Assembly (NCBI RefSeq): GCF_009914755.1 | Contig: NC_060927.1 | Direction: 5' to 3' (one strand) | Source of the DNA: the human T2T-CHM13v2.0 reference genome, Homo sapiens | Length of the DNA: 64,000 nt | In this document: positions 13,288 through 27,221 of the stretch, one piece after another | Layout of the letters: each line of letters starts with the position of its first letter | How positions within the stretch are numbered: the first letter of the stretch is position 1 | Notes under the pieces: model-generated | Database searches by the model: none | What the model saw: only the letters and a program-made list of their open reading frames with translations | What the model was told of the DNA's origin: nothing | Translations under genes and position numbers: made by a program

Positions 13288-14639
13288 ACCAAAACAAAGA
13301 TCACATGGCCAAGATCTCTCAGCTAATGGGTTACGGAGACTCACTCAAATCCAGAGCTGTGTGAATGGGAACTCCATGCCTTTTACTCTCACATAATGGG
13401 TTCTCAGTGCCAATGCTCAGAAGAGAAATACACGCCAAGACCCCTTCTTTGTGTGGGTGCTAATTCTGTAAATTTGCAAATAGCATGTTAGCCACAAAGT
13501 CAGGGAAAGTCTAAGTCTAAGAGGATATTTAAAGTCTGGTCCACCCCTTAATTTTACAGATGAGGAAACTGGGTCCTGCAAGAGAGCAAATGACTTGTCC
13601 AACACTACAGATGTGTCCTAATTTTACCTGAACTCCTAAGGACTGCGCTGCAAGTCTGTCTAAAAACACAAGTAAACAGGCAAATGGCCAACCCCCTGCC
13701 TACATGTCTCCATATGATCTTCTACTGGACATGAACAAAATAATCTTGGCAGTCATGCCCAGGGCAGCCGGCTCCTAAGCCTGTCCAGCCAATGCACTCT
13801 TATTCTCAGGACTCCACAGCAGAGGGAAGTAAGGGCCAGAGCAGATACTCTGGGGAAAGCATTTCTGGGGCCCAGATTGTTCCTAAAGTCACCTCGGCCC
13901 TTCAATCCTCACTTTCTACTGGCAGACAGGAAGAGTGAGGGGACAAACCACCCAACCAATGCTGCTCCTGCAGGGCCCTGCTGCTCTCTAGAGACAGGGG
14001 ACTCCTGTGTTTTCCACCATGATGGTTCCCTACCATGACCTTGCTCCACGCAGCTCTCGAGAAGATCGACAGAAGGAAAACAGATTGTTTCCTCACCTGG
14101 AGCCTCCCTAATTCCTGGACACTGTGCTCAGTGGTTGAGAATTTCATTTCCAGATGACCACAGAGAATCTGGAAACCTTTTGGGGGCCACTCCATGAGGT
14201 CCACCCCAGTAAGGACGGTCTCAGAAGCCAAGCTGGCCCTGTTGGACACAAAGGGCAGTCCAGTTTCAACTCCTCATGATCATAACCCACCCGACAGTCC
14301 CCTCATACGGGGGACAAGTCCAAACACTGGAACAAACCCGGAATCCTAGTGAAGTAAGAAGAGCAGGTGGGCAGGAAAGTCTCTCCAAGTAGGATGGCCA
14401 ATGTCGCCCCATTCCCTGTCTTCCCGGGTCCCCAAGAAGCCCCATGCCAGGCCCGAAACCCCTGGAAAGTCCTCTGTGGAGCATGGTCCCAGGACAGAAC
14501 TCCCAGCAGCAGCAGGAAAGCTCCTGATGCCTTCTCCAAACTTCTCAAAGAAGGAAGAGGAGAGTGGTACAGAAGGATGAGTGAGGAAAGTGTGGGATGC
14601 CTGGGAGGGAGGAACCTGCCCGACTCACACCGATGCTTC

Positions 14640-15060
14640 CTTCTTTTCTTTCCTCTCTTTTTTCATTTGCAGCCCGCAGCTGGTTGATGGTGCAAAGCCT
14701 GTAGCAGCCACGAGGCCTCTCCTTCAGCTGTCACCAGCTCCCAAACACGCGCCCCATGCCTGTGTTTATGCTGGTTGCCATGAGAGATAAGTGCGGGCTT
14801 GAATGGAGCTAAATGCTCCTGGGCTGGGAGATGGAAGAGGGCCAGGTGTATTTTTAAAGCATCTGGGGAAGCCGGTCACCACGAGAAGCCTCCTTCTCTG
14901 GGCAACGTGTTCCTTCTTTAGGGGCTGGTTTATAAATGCAAAGTGGGTGGAAGCTGAGTCTCTTCTTTTTTGCCGTAACTCACTGGATATTTTAAGCAAA
15001 AAGTTCTCTGGGTTGTATTTGGGATTTTTGCCTTTTGACACAATTAATTATGGAAAAAGA
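14640..15060. promoter_or_regulatory. Candidate enhancer/promoter
   Basis: Repeat-free, with several CpGs. Motifs: CAGCTG at 14677 and 14725, TGTTTAT 14763, GTTGCCATG 14774, AGATAAG 14785, TATTTTTAAA 14849, TATAAAT 14931. Motif evidence only. Confidence 0.35.
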
Positions 15061-15119
15061 TCTGACCTCTTGCCATGTGTAGAGACACCAAGAGGTTCTG
15101 GAAAGAATGACAGGAAATA

Positions 15120-15355
15120 TGTATATATCACACATTGTATGCCAGGCACTACTGAAAGTACTTTATGCTCATAATTAGACCACTTAATCCTTACAACTTC
15201 TCTGGGAGTGAAATCCTGCTTTTACAGCCATTTCATAGACGAGGAGGCTGAGGCACCAACAGGGTAATTTGCCAAGGTCACAAAGCTAAGGGAACACAGG
15301 ATTTGAACTCCAGCAGTGCGGCACCAGAGGCCCTACTCCTAACCACTCTGCGATT
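15120..15355. mobile_element. MIR SINE
   Basis: tatgccaggcactact ... ccatttcatagacgaggaggctgaggcac ... gccaaggtcaca ... ggatttgaactc. Confidence 0.75.
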
Positions 15356-15649
15356 CTGCCTTTGTCATGGTTTGGGGTCAGAAGTTCTGATGTGGAATGT
15401 TGACCCAGGCACTGTGTGACTGCACCTCTATGAATGTTCCTTTCTTCTTTAGTAAAATAGGGGTACTAATGGCTACCTTGTGACATTGTTGTGAAGATTA
15501 AATATAATATGTGTCAAGAGTCTGGTGACCAGAAAATACTCAATGAAAGGTAACTTTAGTGTTTTTAGTGGTGGTTCCATGGCCCGCTGGATCCCAACTT
15601 CTGCATCCCGACAGGGAAGGGCTGCTGAGCTATAACTGTTACTGTCCAG

Positions 15650-16115
15650 AGAGGCGATGGAGGCAAGGAACTGTGTAAGGGCCAGCAGGACACAGCTGTT
15701 CTCTCACACTATCTATAGCAGAGGACACTTCCCTGCCCACATTCATCAATCCCGCCCATTCGTCGATCCTGCTCATGCTTTCAGCTTCCCACTACAGAGT
15801 CTTGTGTCTATGCCAGAGCGCTTCTCCAACCATGGGAAGTTGTTTGGGGTAAGCAGGAAGAAGAGAGTGGTGAAAATCCCCAGGAGTTGATGGATAAATA
15901 TCCCAGTCCCCTGCCTGTCTCCCTAAGGCCCCCAGTAGAATTGAGCCCCAGTTGCTCATAGCAGTAACCTGCTCCCGAACACACTCCATACTGATTGCCT
16001 TCTCTTCCCTGTCTCACTTCCCCACTGCCCTTCTGAGATCACCTCCCAAATAAACTACTTGCACTCAAATCCTTGTCTCAGGCTCCGCTTCTGAGAAGGA
16101 ACCCAAATGAAGACA
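15650..16115 (+). mobile_element. ERVL solo LTR (LTR16-like)
   Basis: 3' end cacctcccaaataaactacttgcactcaaatccttgtctcaggctccgcttctg...aacccaaatgaagaca. Confidence 0.7.
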
Positions 16116-16200
16116 GTACACACCACGGTGCCTTTGATTCTGATGTCACTTTAACAAAACACTCGTGGGTCTGTTTACCTAGTGGAAAAACTAGGTAACC

Positions 16201-16662
16201 TGTGGCGGCTCCCACAGATATCCAGATCCTGATCCCTGGAACCTGTAAATGTTACCTTATATGGAAAATGGGACATTGTAGATATGATTAAATTAAGAAG
16301 TTTAAAATGAGGGGATCATCCTGGATTACTTGGGTGGCCCCTAAATACAACCACAAGGGTCATTATAAGAGACAGGCAGAGGACATTTGACACAGAATGA
16401 GGTAATGTGACCACTGAAGCAAGATGCTATGCTGCTTGCTTTGAAGGTGGAGAAAGGGGCCAGGAACCAAAGAATGAAAGAAATGCAGCTCTAGAGCTGG
16501 ACAAGGCAGGAAATGGATGCTTCCTGAGAGCCTTCTGAGGGAGCTCGGCCTTGGCGACACCTTGATTTCAGACTTCTGACTTCCAGAACCATAATAGATG
16601 TGTGCTGTTTTAAGCCACTAAGTTTATGATGATTTATTACAGTAGCCATAGGAAACTAATAA
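16201..16662 (+). mobile_element. MLT1D-like MaLR LTR
   Basis: ccctggaacctgtaaatgttaccttatatgg ... gttttaagccactaagttt ... gccataggaaactaata. Confidence 0.8.
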
Positions 16663-16687
16663 AGGAACTCAGAGGTGAGCTAGAACA

Positions 16688-17005
16688 GAGGCTCTTACAG
16701 CATGGTCCACCGACCAGCAGCATCACACTCTTGGGCCTCACATTAGAAGTACTAAATTAGAAATTCCCAGGGTGTGTCTCAGTGGTCTGCAGTTTAAAAA
16801 GCCCTCCAGGTGATTTCCATGCTGGCCGTAGTTCAGTGATTAGCCCTGCCCAGACATTAGAATCACCTGGAGGACTTTAAGCATTCCCAATGCCTGATCC
16901 AATACCCCAGAGATTCTGATCTAATTCGTCTGCTCAGCTTGGACTCTGGACTTTCATAATGCAACCTGGGTGCATATTCTTTTGTCTAACCAGGGCTGGG
17001 AACCA
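16688..17005. mobile_element. MER5-type hAT DNA transposon fragments
   Basis: ccagcagcatca, gccctccaggtgatt, ttagaatcacctggagga, ccccagagattctgat. Confidence 0.65.
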
Positions 17006-17509
17006 GTGCTGTAGTTTGAGACTCTCTGATCTAGACTGTTGACTTTCAAACTAAGCTGTGCAGAGCTTTGGGATTCTAGGCAGATGCAGAAGAAGGGGAA
17101 GGCAGAGGCCAAGCCAGCAGGGCTCCTGGTCCCAGAGACCAGAGTCACATGCCCAGAGGGGGCTAGAGAGGTAGATGTAGTAAGGGAGGTGGATGGGGGT
17201 TAAGAGCAGACTTGGTGAGCTGGAGAAGCTCCATTCCAGTGATGGCCAGAACGTGCGTCCAGCAGCTTGTCCTGCTTTTCAAGATGTTTGCTTCTTTATT
17301 TTATTTAATTTTTTTGCTGAATAGATATCAGAAATACTTTTTGTTTTTAAATGTTAAAGCATTCAATTTTTAAATGTTAGCCACTAAGGCAATTTTTAGA
17401 AATCACCACCCCCCACCTTTAGTACTCTAAGGGCTAAGCATAAAGGCTGGATTTGGTCTTTGGGCAGCTGGTTCACAAACTCCGTCTCTGTCCCACGTGT
17501 CTTTCATTC

Positions 17510-17790
17510 ATCTCTTAGGACTGGATAAGTTCTCAGAGAGATGACAGAAACTCCATGTGGGTGGGATATTTTTGTCTGCTTGCTCACTGCTGCATATCCC
17601 CAGGCATATAGTTGGCACTCATGAAATGTTTGTTGAATTAATAAATCCTCATAGCAATTCTGTGAGACAGAGACTATTATATCCATTCTTCAGATGAGAA
17701 ACTTGGGGCTCACTGCATGAAATGAGCTCTTCACCATCACACAGTTCATAACCAAGGGAGGCACAATTTGCACCCAGGACCCCTCACAGT
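17510..17790. mobile_element. L2 3' end followed by MIR
   Basis: ttgctcactgctgcatatcccca...tgtttgttgaattaataaa; then attatatccattcttcagatgagaaaactt. Confidence 0.65.
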
Positions 17791-17863
17791 AGGGGCTACT
17801 GTGAAGGGAAAGACAACTGTAGTTGTGAAAGTGCTTTGTAAAACAAGAGGCTTGTGGGAATCA

Positions 17864-18296
<433 letters not shown>

Positions 18297-19268
18297 TCAC
18301 TCTGGAGCTGTGTTGTTTTTGTATGGATGTGGCAGTGGTGGCTGTGGATCTGAAAAAGGAGGTGTGAGTGTGGCAAACAGTAAGGTGGGGGGTTGGCCCA
18401 ACTTATCAGAAGGGAAAGTCTCCCACCTCTCACACCCACCCCTCTCTGTGTCTGAACAGGACATGAGCCCACTGCTGCACGCAGAGGCTTGGGATGGGGT
18501 TGGCAGGAAGCCTGGGACCCCTTAGAGAGTTCTTTAATTTAAGAATCCTCTCTGATTTTATTATCCATAGGAAATAAGGGGCGGTAAATCAGAGGAGATG
18601 GCTGGCAAGTGCATTACGGAGCATTAAACAATAGCTGATCAGCATCAGACACAAATAAATGGTCCATAATCTAGTGCCAAGAATATGGATAGTTCCCAAG
18701 TGGTGGCCTGGCTGGCTTCCAGGCAGGGGAGCACGGGGCTGGACATCAGGCCCTACAGGCCACAAAATGCCTGCCCTGGGTTACATCCCAGCAGGCAACA
18801 GGAGAAGATTCCAGTACCCAGACAGAAATCACATCCTTCCATCTGATCTCACTCTACAGGACTGGATTTGGGTGTTCTCACCATCTGGTTTCTGAGACCC
18901 GGACCCAAACATCACCTGAAGAGTCCTGCCTTCCTGGAAAATCCTGTATTCAATGAGGGAAACCACATGTGTCTGCAGGGTCATCGATGGGGATGGGTCG
19001 GCTCACAATGCCTAAAGGGAAGGCTTGTGAAGTGGATTCCCCTGGCTCCCCACCCCCAAACACCCTGGTTGACACCATTTCACTAGAGTATTGTTTAGCT
19101 TAGATCCTTAACCTCCATTAAAATGCAAGAACCATCAAAGCAGAGATAAATCAGTACCCTGGCAAGTCATGCACACTTTAATATAAAGCAATATTCAATC
19201 TTTTGCTAGAGCTTTGGGCATTGATATACTGAGGAAAAAGCAGGAGGGAATGGAAAATAAAGAATCCA

Positions 19269-19562
19269 GGCCAGGCGTGGTGGCTGTAATCCCAGCACTT
19301 TGGGAGGTCAAGGCCAGCGGATCACTTGAGGTCAGGAGTTCGAGACCAGCCTGGCCAACATGGCAAAACCCCATCTCTACTAAAAATACAAAAATTTGTC
19401 AGGCTTGGTGGCACGTGCCTGTACTCCTAGCTACTCAAGAGGCAGAGGTATGACAATCGCTTGAACCTGGAAGGCGGAGGGTTGCAGTGAGCCGAGATCG
19501 CACCACTGCACTCCAGCCTGGGCAACAGAGCGAGACCCTGTCTCGAAAAAACAAACAAAAAA
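19269..19562 (+). mobile_element. AluS
   Basis: Full dimer; TSD aaagaatcca. Confidence 0.93.
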
Positions 19563-19654
19563 GAATCCAGAGGAGAGTTTCCAGAGGATAGGAGGGTAGC
19601 CTACAGGACTTTAAAGGCCAATATCACTATTTATCCAAAACCATAAGGAGATTT

Positions 19655-19850
19655 GGTATATACTGGTGAAAGCCCTGGACTTAAAGAAGCAGGATTTCAG
19701 TCTCCAGCTCTCCCACATAACAGCTGCATGACCTTGGGCAAGTCACTTAACCTTTCTGAGCTGCCATTTCCTCATCTGAAAGGGGAAGTGGTGCTGCCCC
19801 CATTCAGGAGTGCTGCGAGAATTACACAAATTAAACTGTGTGGAAGGCCT
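19655..19850. mobile_element. MIR SINE
   Basis: agctgcatgaccttgggcaagtcacttaacctttctgagc. Confidence 0.8.
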
Positions 19851-20275
19851 GCCCTCCGGTAAATATCATTGTCTTTGTGTCTGTGCCTCCACATTCTGGA
19901 AATTGTACTACTACTGAGCTACCACTGTGGGTGGATACTGGAGCCAAGTCAATCCACAGACCCATAAGTGAGTCCAGCCAGGGCCAGCCAAACCCAAGCT
20001 AGATTAGCTGACCCTCAGTTTACCCACAAACACATGAACTTCAACAATAAATGGTTGTTGTTTTGATCTACCAAGTGTCACGGTGGTTTATTACCCACCA
20101 ATGGTTAACGCAATACACCAAATGTGGGAATCTTGGCATTTTTAATAATTGCCATGTTCAATAGAAATCATTCTAATATATAAATGGCATTTATCTACCT
20201 TCTTAAGCAAGATAAAGTAGGCACAATCCAGTCATCACTGGTCCATTCATGTTCATCATAATGAAAACCAGTTAA

Positions 20276-20702
<427 letters not shown>

Positions 20703-20973
20703 TAATCATTCTTATCATCCGTCATTGTGTCTAGCTTAAGCAGCAACTCCTCCCTCCCCAATTTAATATGCTATATATAATCACCAGCTTTCAAGTCACG
20801 GACTATCTATGTCTATTAGAGTGGTGCCCAAAGTAAGAGTTAATAGGCTTAGAATAAAGGCCTGAAATAGTTTTGTGTGTATCAAATATTATGTGCTTTA
20901 GCGATGGCATTTCTATCATCAGTTCTGGCCTCTGATGTTTTTTGCTCCTTCCTGGTTCTCCTCTGGGACCCAG

Positions 20974-21083
20974 CAGAGGAGGTTGCCAGGTAATGAACCT
21001 CTGATCCAGATAGCTGGTGCTGCACATGGCACTGCTGGAATAGTCTTTCTTGAAGACAGTGAAGGAGTGGATTATCTATGAAG
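20974..21083 (+). other. Candidate spliced exon (probably non-coding)
   Basis: Pyrimidine tract plus CAGCAG acceptor (AG ending 20973 or 20976); consensus donor AAG|GTAAGT at 21083/21084. Confidence 0.35.
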
Positions 21084-21619
21084 GTAAGTACTGGCTTACA
21101 GGCCCATGAGAGCTCTTCCTCCATCACAACCCCTTTCCGGGGCATTTACCACACGCCACCTGTGTTTCAAAAGCAGGTGATCATGGAATCCCTCAGAGCA
21201 GAGGCCACATCCTACTTGTCTCCGTGTCCCTTGAAGCACACATTAGAGTGCCAGGCACACAGTAGGCACTCACTAAGTTATAATGCATAGAATGAAAAGA
21301 TTTTCCTGGTTGCCCTTATTTTCTGTGTATACACAGCCTATCTTCAGAAGAATTAAGAGTCTATAAGCTTCTGAATATAGAATATTTTATATCAAACTGT
21401 TGGAAAATATTTCCAAAGGATTACAAGGAACAGCTTCCATTTTTTTAAAGCTTAAGTTTATTTCTGAACTGTGCTATCATAAAGCCATGGTGACTAAATT
21501 AGGGGGGCAAAGCCAAGTGACCACCGGAGAAAACATATCTTTGTGATACTGAGCTGGTTACCTTAGTGATTCCCGCTAGGTCTATTCCATTGTTTTCCCT
21601 AATGTCTAATGACCACATT

Positions 21620-22098
21620 CCCAGCCAGAAGTGCCTGTGGATGTGCGCACTGGTTGTTCTCCATCCCAACCCTCCCCTTGGCTCTCTGCCCTCAGTGTTC
21701 CAGTCCCTGACCTCCAGGCTCTGCCCTCTGGCTTCAAGTTGGGTTGGCCAATGAGAGGCGCTGCCAAAAGGTGCTTGGATGGGAGGAGAGAGAAGATGGT
21801 GTACTTCTCCTTCACTTTCTCCCTGCTTTAGGGCCTTCCATGACCAATGCTCTTGCTTAATGGCCCCTTCTCTAAGGCTCCAAATCTGCCTGGGATCCAT
21901 TTTCCTATTTGCCCCTCTTGCCTTTTCAAGCACAGGGTGGTAAAGGCATATTGCAGTTGCTAATCTCTAGGTGCCTCAGCATTCCTTGTTGGTTCCCTTA
22001 ACCCCGCCCACACCTCTCAAAGTGATCCCTTCATTCAGATCTTTTCATCTGAACCACCTGAGTTGCTTCTTTATCCTGCTGTTGCCCTGATTGGTACA
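21620..22098 (+). mobile_element. ERVL solo LTR (LTR33-like)
   Basis: ttgggttggccaatgagagg ... tcccttaaccccgcccacacc ... cccttcatt ... ccctgattggtaca. Confidence 0.6.
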
Positions 22099-22999
22099 GT
22101 CTGCAAAAAGCTTACCTAAGAGATATCTATGTTGTGCCAGGGTGCTCTCCAAGGCAAAGAGTTCAAAAGAAAACCAGAGGTTCTTTTCTCTCTAGTTTTC
22201 TGAACTCCTTAACCACTTTGGTGCTATTTAAATTAAGTAATACAAAATGATGGTAAACCCCAGTTTGCAGATGAGAAGCTTTTATTCATTCATTCATCAA
22301 ATATTTATTGATTACTATGTGCCAGGCACTGTTCTGACCCTGGGAAAACAGTAAAGTACAAGAGAGACACATGCCCTGGCCACATGGTGCTTATAGTGTA
22401 AGGCCACTGTCTCTCAGAAGTCAGGGAGCTCATCAGAGGCAGGGCTAGAACCAGAAAACTGAGTTTCCTTAAGTCCTAACCTTCAGCAGATTCTCAAAGG
22501 AATCCATGACCCAAACATGATTAAGAACCACCAAATTAGGCCAAATTAACTCTCAAGCTTCTCCCTTGAACTGGGGAATGAATAATGACTACTCACTCCT
22601 AGAAGAAGCTTGATGCTCTTAACTTGAATTTGCAGGGGCATGTGGGCACACACCCACGGTGACACCACCACTCACCTTTCCTGCCCACCCTCCTGAATTC
22701 TCCACAAATCTGCCCCCACCTCCTTCTGTTTCTCACACTTTTATAATTAGCCTCACACCAGTCTCTGAGTCACTCCCTCATGGCCCACAAACGTTGGCTA
22801 CACAACTTGCTGATGAGCTGTTTTTATCAATGGACAGCAGTTGGGAGCTGGATTCAGAGATGTGCCCTCTCTGAGAGCCTGGCATTTCTGGCCCTCCCTG
22901 TGTTTCCAGCAAAGGCAGCGATAGTGAAATTTCTGTCTCAGTTGAAGTATTTATGAGACTCATGTTGGAGGCATAACTAAAACTTTGCTGGGGAGAGTC

Positions 23000-24400
<1,401 letters not shown>

Positions 24401-25084
24401 GGCTAGTGAAGAGGTGATGAGAAGGCAGCCAAGTCTCAGATGTTCACTGGAGGCAGTCCTCAAGGGCAGAGAGATTCCTAATTGGTTATGTGCCACCATC
24501 TACCTCCTTGGAACTGGGCAGAAACAACTCTCCTGATTCAAACTGAATTTCATGGAGAAAAACCCCTCCACTGTCAGCCTGTGACATTTTTACCCATTGT
24601 GTAACAAATGTAAAGTTAACTTTTAATTTTTTTCTTTAATCATCCAATAAAAAGGAGGAAGGAAGTAGTTTATATTTCCAAACAGCTTTCTCTGTGAAAA
24701 AGTGTTTCTCTCTCCAAAAGCTGCAACCTTTTGATTCAATGCAAGGCAAAATAAATGAAAACAGTAAAAGTATAGAAAAGTGAATGATTTTTATCAAACT
24801 ATATTCAGAAAAATAACATCACTAACTTAATCTTTGGCTAGACAAAATTATTCAAATAAAAATTATCACATTCTTAATACCTTTTATGAGTTTATAAAAG
24901 CCTGTTATAGAGATGATTAGATGACTAAAACAAAATAATAATTCACAGAGTTGTTCATTTTGCTTTAATTTACATATTACATGCCTCATAGGAGTTAACT
25001 CAGAAACAGTCTGCTAGTTACTGGATGCTGGGGTGGGCATCCTGCCCCTGTGCTCATTATGGGGAAGGTGGAGTTGGGTCAGGG

Positions 25085-25260
25085 CGTGGTATAAAGTGAT
25101 ATTTTACAGCTGTAGCACCACACTTGGGCTTGACTCTCAGCTCTGAGTGGCAGTGGACAAGCTCACCTCTCTAAGCCTCAGTTTTCTCATCCATACAATG
25201 GAGACAATGTTCCCTTTAAAGGTTTGTTGGAAAGTTAAGTGAGGTAATGGGGATGAATCC
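25085..25260. mobile_element. MIR SINE
   Basis: cacctctctaagcctcagttttctcatccatacaatggag. Confidence 0.7.
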
Positions 25261-25315
25261 TACACGGATTAGAACTTGCACATAGGAACAGCACAAAGGA
25301 GACCCAAGGGAGCCA

Positions 25316-25831
25316 TGGTAGCCTGGGTGCAAAGATGGCCTCCAAAAGTCCTCCCAACCCAGTGTGTGCATGACACTCTTCCCAGCAAAAAGCAGGGCTA
25401 GTTCCCCTCCCTTAAATCTGAGGTGGCTCTGTGACTTACTTTGACCAATAGAATGTGGCTAAAGGGACACTGTGCCATCTCCTGGCCTAGGCCTTAAAAG
25501 GCCTGGCAGCTCCTGCTTTTGCCTTTTCTTGAAAATCAGCTGCCACTTTAAAAAGTCTGGACTATTGAAGAGGCCACATGGAGGGGGAAGCAGCCAGCCT
25601 CCAGCTGTTCTGACTATCCCAGATGCAGCATCAACAGGCGAGTGAGGCCATTTTGGAACATCTAGCCCTGTCCTGGTCTCAGATGATGCCAGCCACAGGA
25701 GTGACCCCAAGTGAGACCCTCGAAAGAACTGCCCAGCCCAGATTACGAAGTCATGAGCAAATAAAACGGCTATTGTTTCAAACCAGTAAGTTTTAGGATG
25801 ACTTGCTCATCAGCAATAGCTAACTGATACA
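25316..25831 (+). mobile_element. MLT1 (F/G/H-like) MaLR LTR
   Basis: aaagatggcc ... gtgacttactttgaccaatagaatgtggc ... cagcaatagctaactgataca. Confidence 0.7.
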
Positions 25832-26484
25832 GAGTTGATAAGGAAAGCTTTTGAAAGCATGAAAAATATACCTGAACTACATTCAAAATTTATAGGACAG
25901 ATTAAAGAGAGGGTACCCCCATTTAGCTGCTCCCAAAATTTTTACAAGAAGGAGCTGTGATTGCTGGCCAAACTCAATCAGGACATTCTCAGGCTCACTC
26001 TTGTTAACTCCTGGAGCCCCAGCAGCCAGCTTCCAGTGGCTTGGAGAAGGTACAGTCTACCTGGGAGGAAGGTATCTTTTGAGTAACTTGGTGTCAGAAT
26101 ATGAATTTTTACTATCTAGCTCAGATTCCTCCTCTGCAAAGCCAGTATGACTTCTTCCTTCTCTCAGCACAAAGAATTCACCACTGACCATACCCTTGGA
26201 ACAAATTCTGTCAATACGTCCTACCGGTGACACCTGCTGCTATTGTTTTTGAACACCACCTTGTGTTGCTATTTAGCTGGCATTAACATCCCTAAAGATA
26301 GGGGACTATCCCACAGCTCTATGTACTCTCAAGGCCCCCAGGACAGTCCTTGTCACCTAACAGATCCTCAACAATGTAAGTTACTTTGATCAAATCACAC
26401 CACTGGGTAGGATGAAAAAAGAAGAACGTACAAAAGTAGCATAACTTTATGCTCCAGCTTTCTGCACAACTTGCATTTCCCCAG

Positions 26485-26547
26485 CACCCCTTGGAGCCTC
26501 TGCACATACAGCTGGGTGGCCTGCGCCTGATACAAGGGAGGGCTTTG
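26485..26547 (+). other. Candidate 63-nt internal exon
   Basis: Acceptor ttgcatttccccAG (ends 26484); donor TTG|GTGAGT (26547/26548). Confidence 0.25.
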
Positions 26548-27221
26548 GTGAGTATGGTGAGAGTGTGAGAGGGACTATGGATGGCCACCTTGAATTAGGA
26601 CCCGCAGACAGAGAGGCTAAATTTATAATTCAAGTCACTGGAGAATGAGTCACTGCTGATCTAAAGTTACGACAGGAGCCTCTACCCTTTGAGGAGGCCC
26701 CAACACAGAGTTATTTATAAGGCCCCAATACTTATTAAACAATTTTTAGTAAATTTCCATTTCCTTAGGTATCTTATATTTTATGAACCTATTTCTTATA
26801 AGATTACCCTAACTGACCAAGACAGAAATTATCATCTTTCTTCAAATCCTCCTGGAAGGGCTCTGATGTTTCCAGAATCTAATAACATAGACTATTAGAT
26901 TTGTCCAGAAGGAAACTATTTGAGATTTGAGAAAAGCTCACACCAATAAAGCCATTCAAAGTCAGAGTCTTCCCTCTCAGACCTTGTAGGCAGGACTGTA
27001 CACTGGAAAACAATCTTTTGGCCCCATTAAACTTAAAATGCACATGCCGTCTGACCCAGAAGTTCTCAGAAATACTCATTCACTACCCAGTGGTTTAGGT
27101 GCAAGGGTGTGCATTGTTGCCTCAAGTTGGAAACAGCCTAACTGTCCATGAATGAAACATTGGTGGAATAAATCCTGGGACATCCATTCAAAATGTTATG
27201 CAGTGACTAGAAAGAATAAGG

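Noticed and set aside
12851-13396. Multiple Pro/Ser/Leu-rich or Gly/Glu/Arg-rich ORFs
   Set aside because: Translations of an Alu plus polypurine microsatellite.
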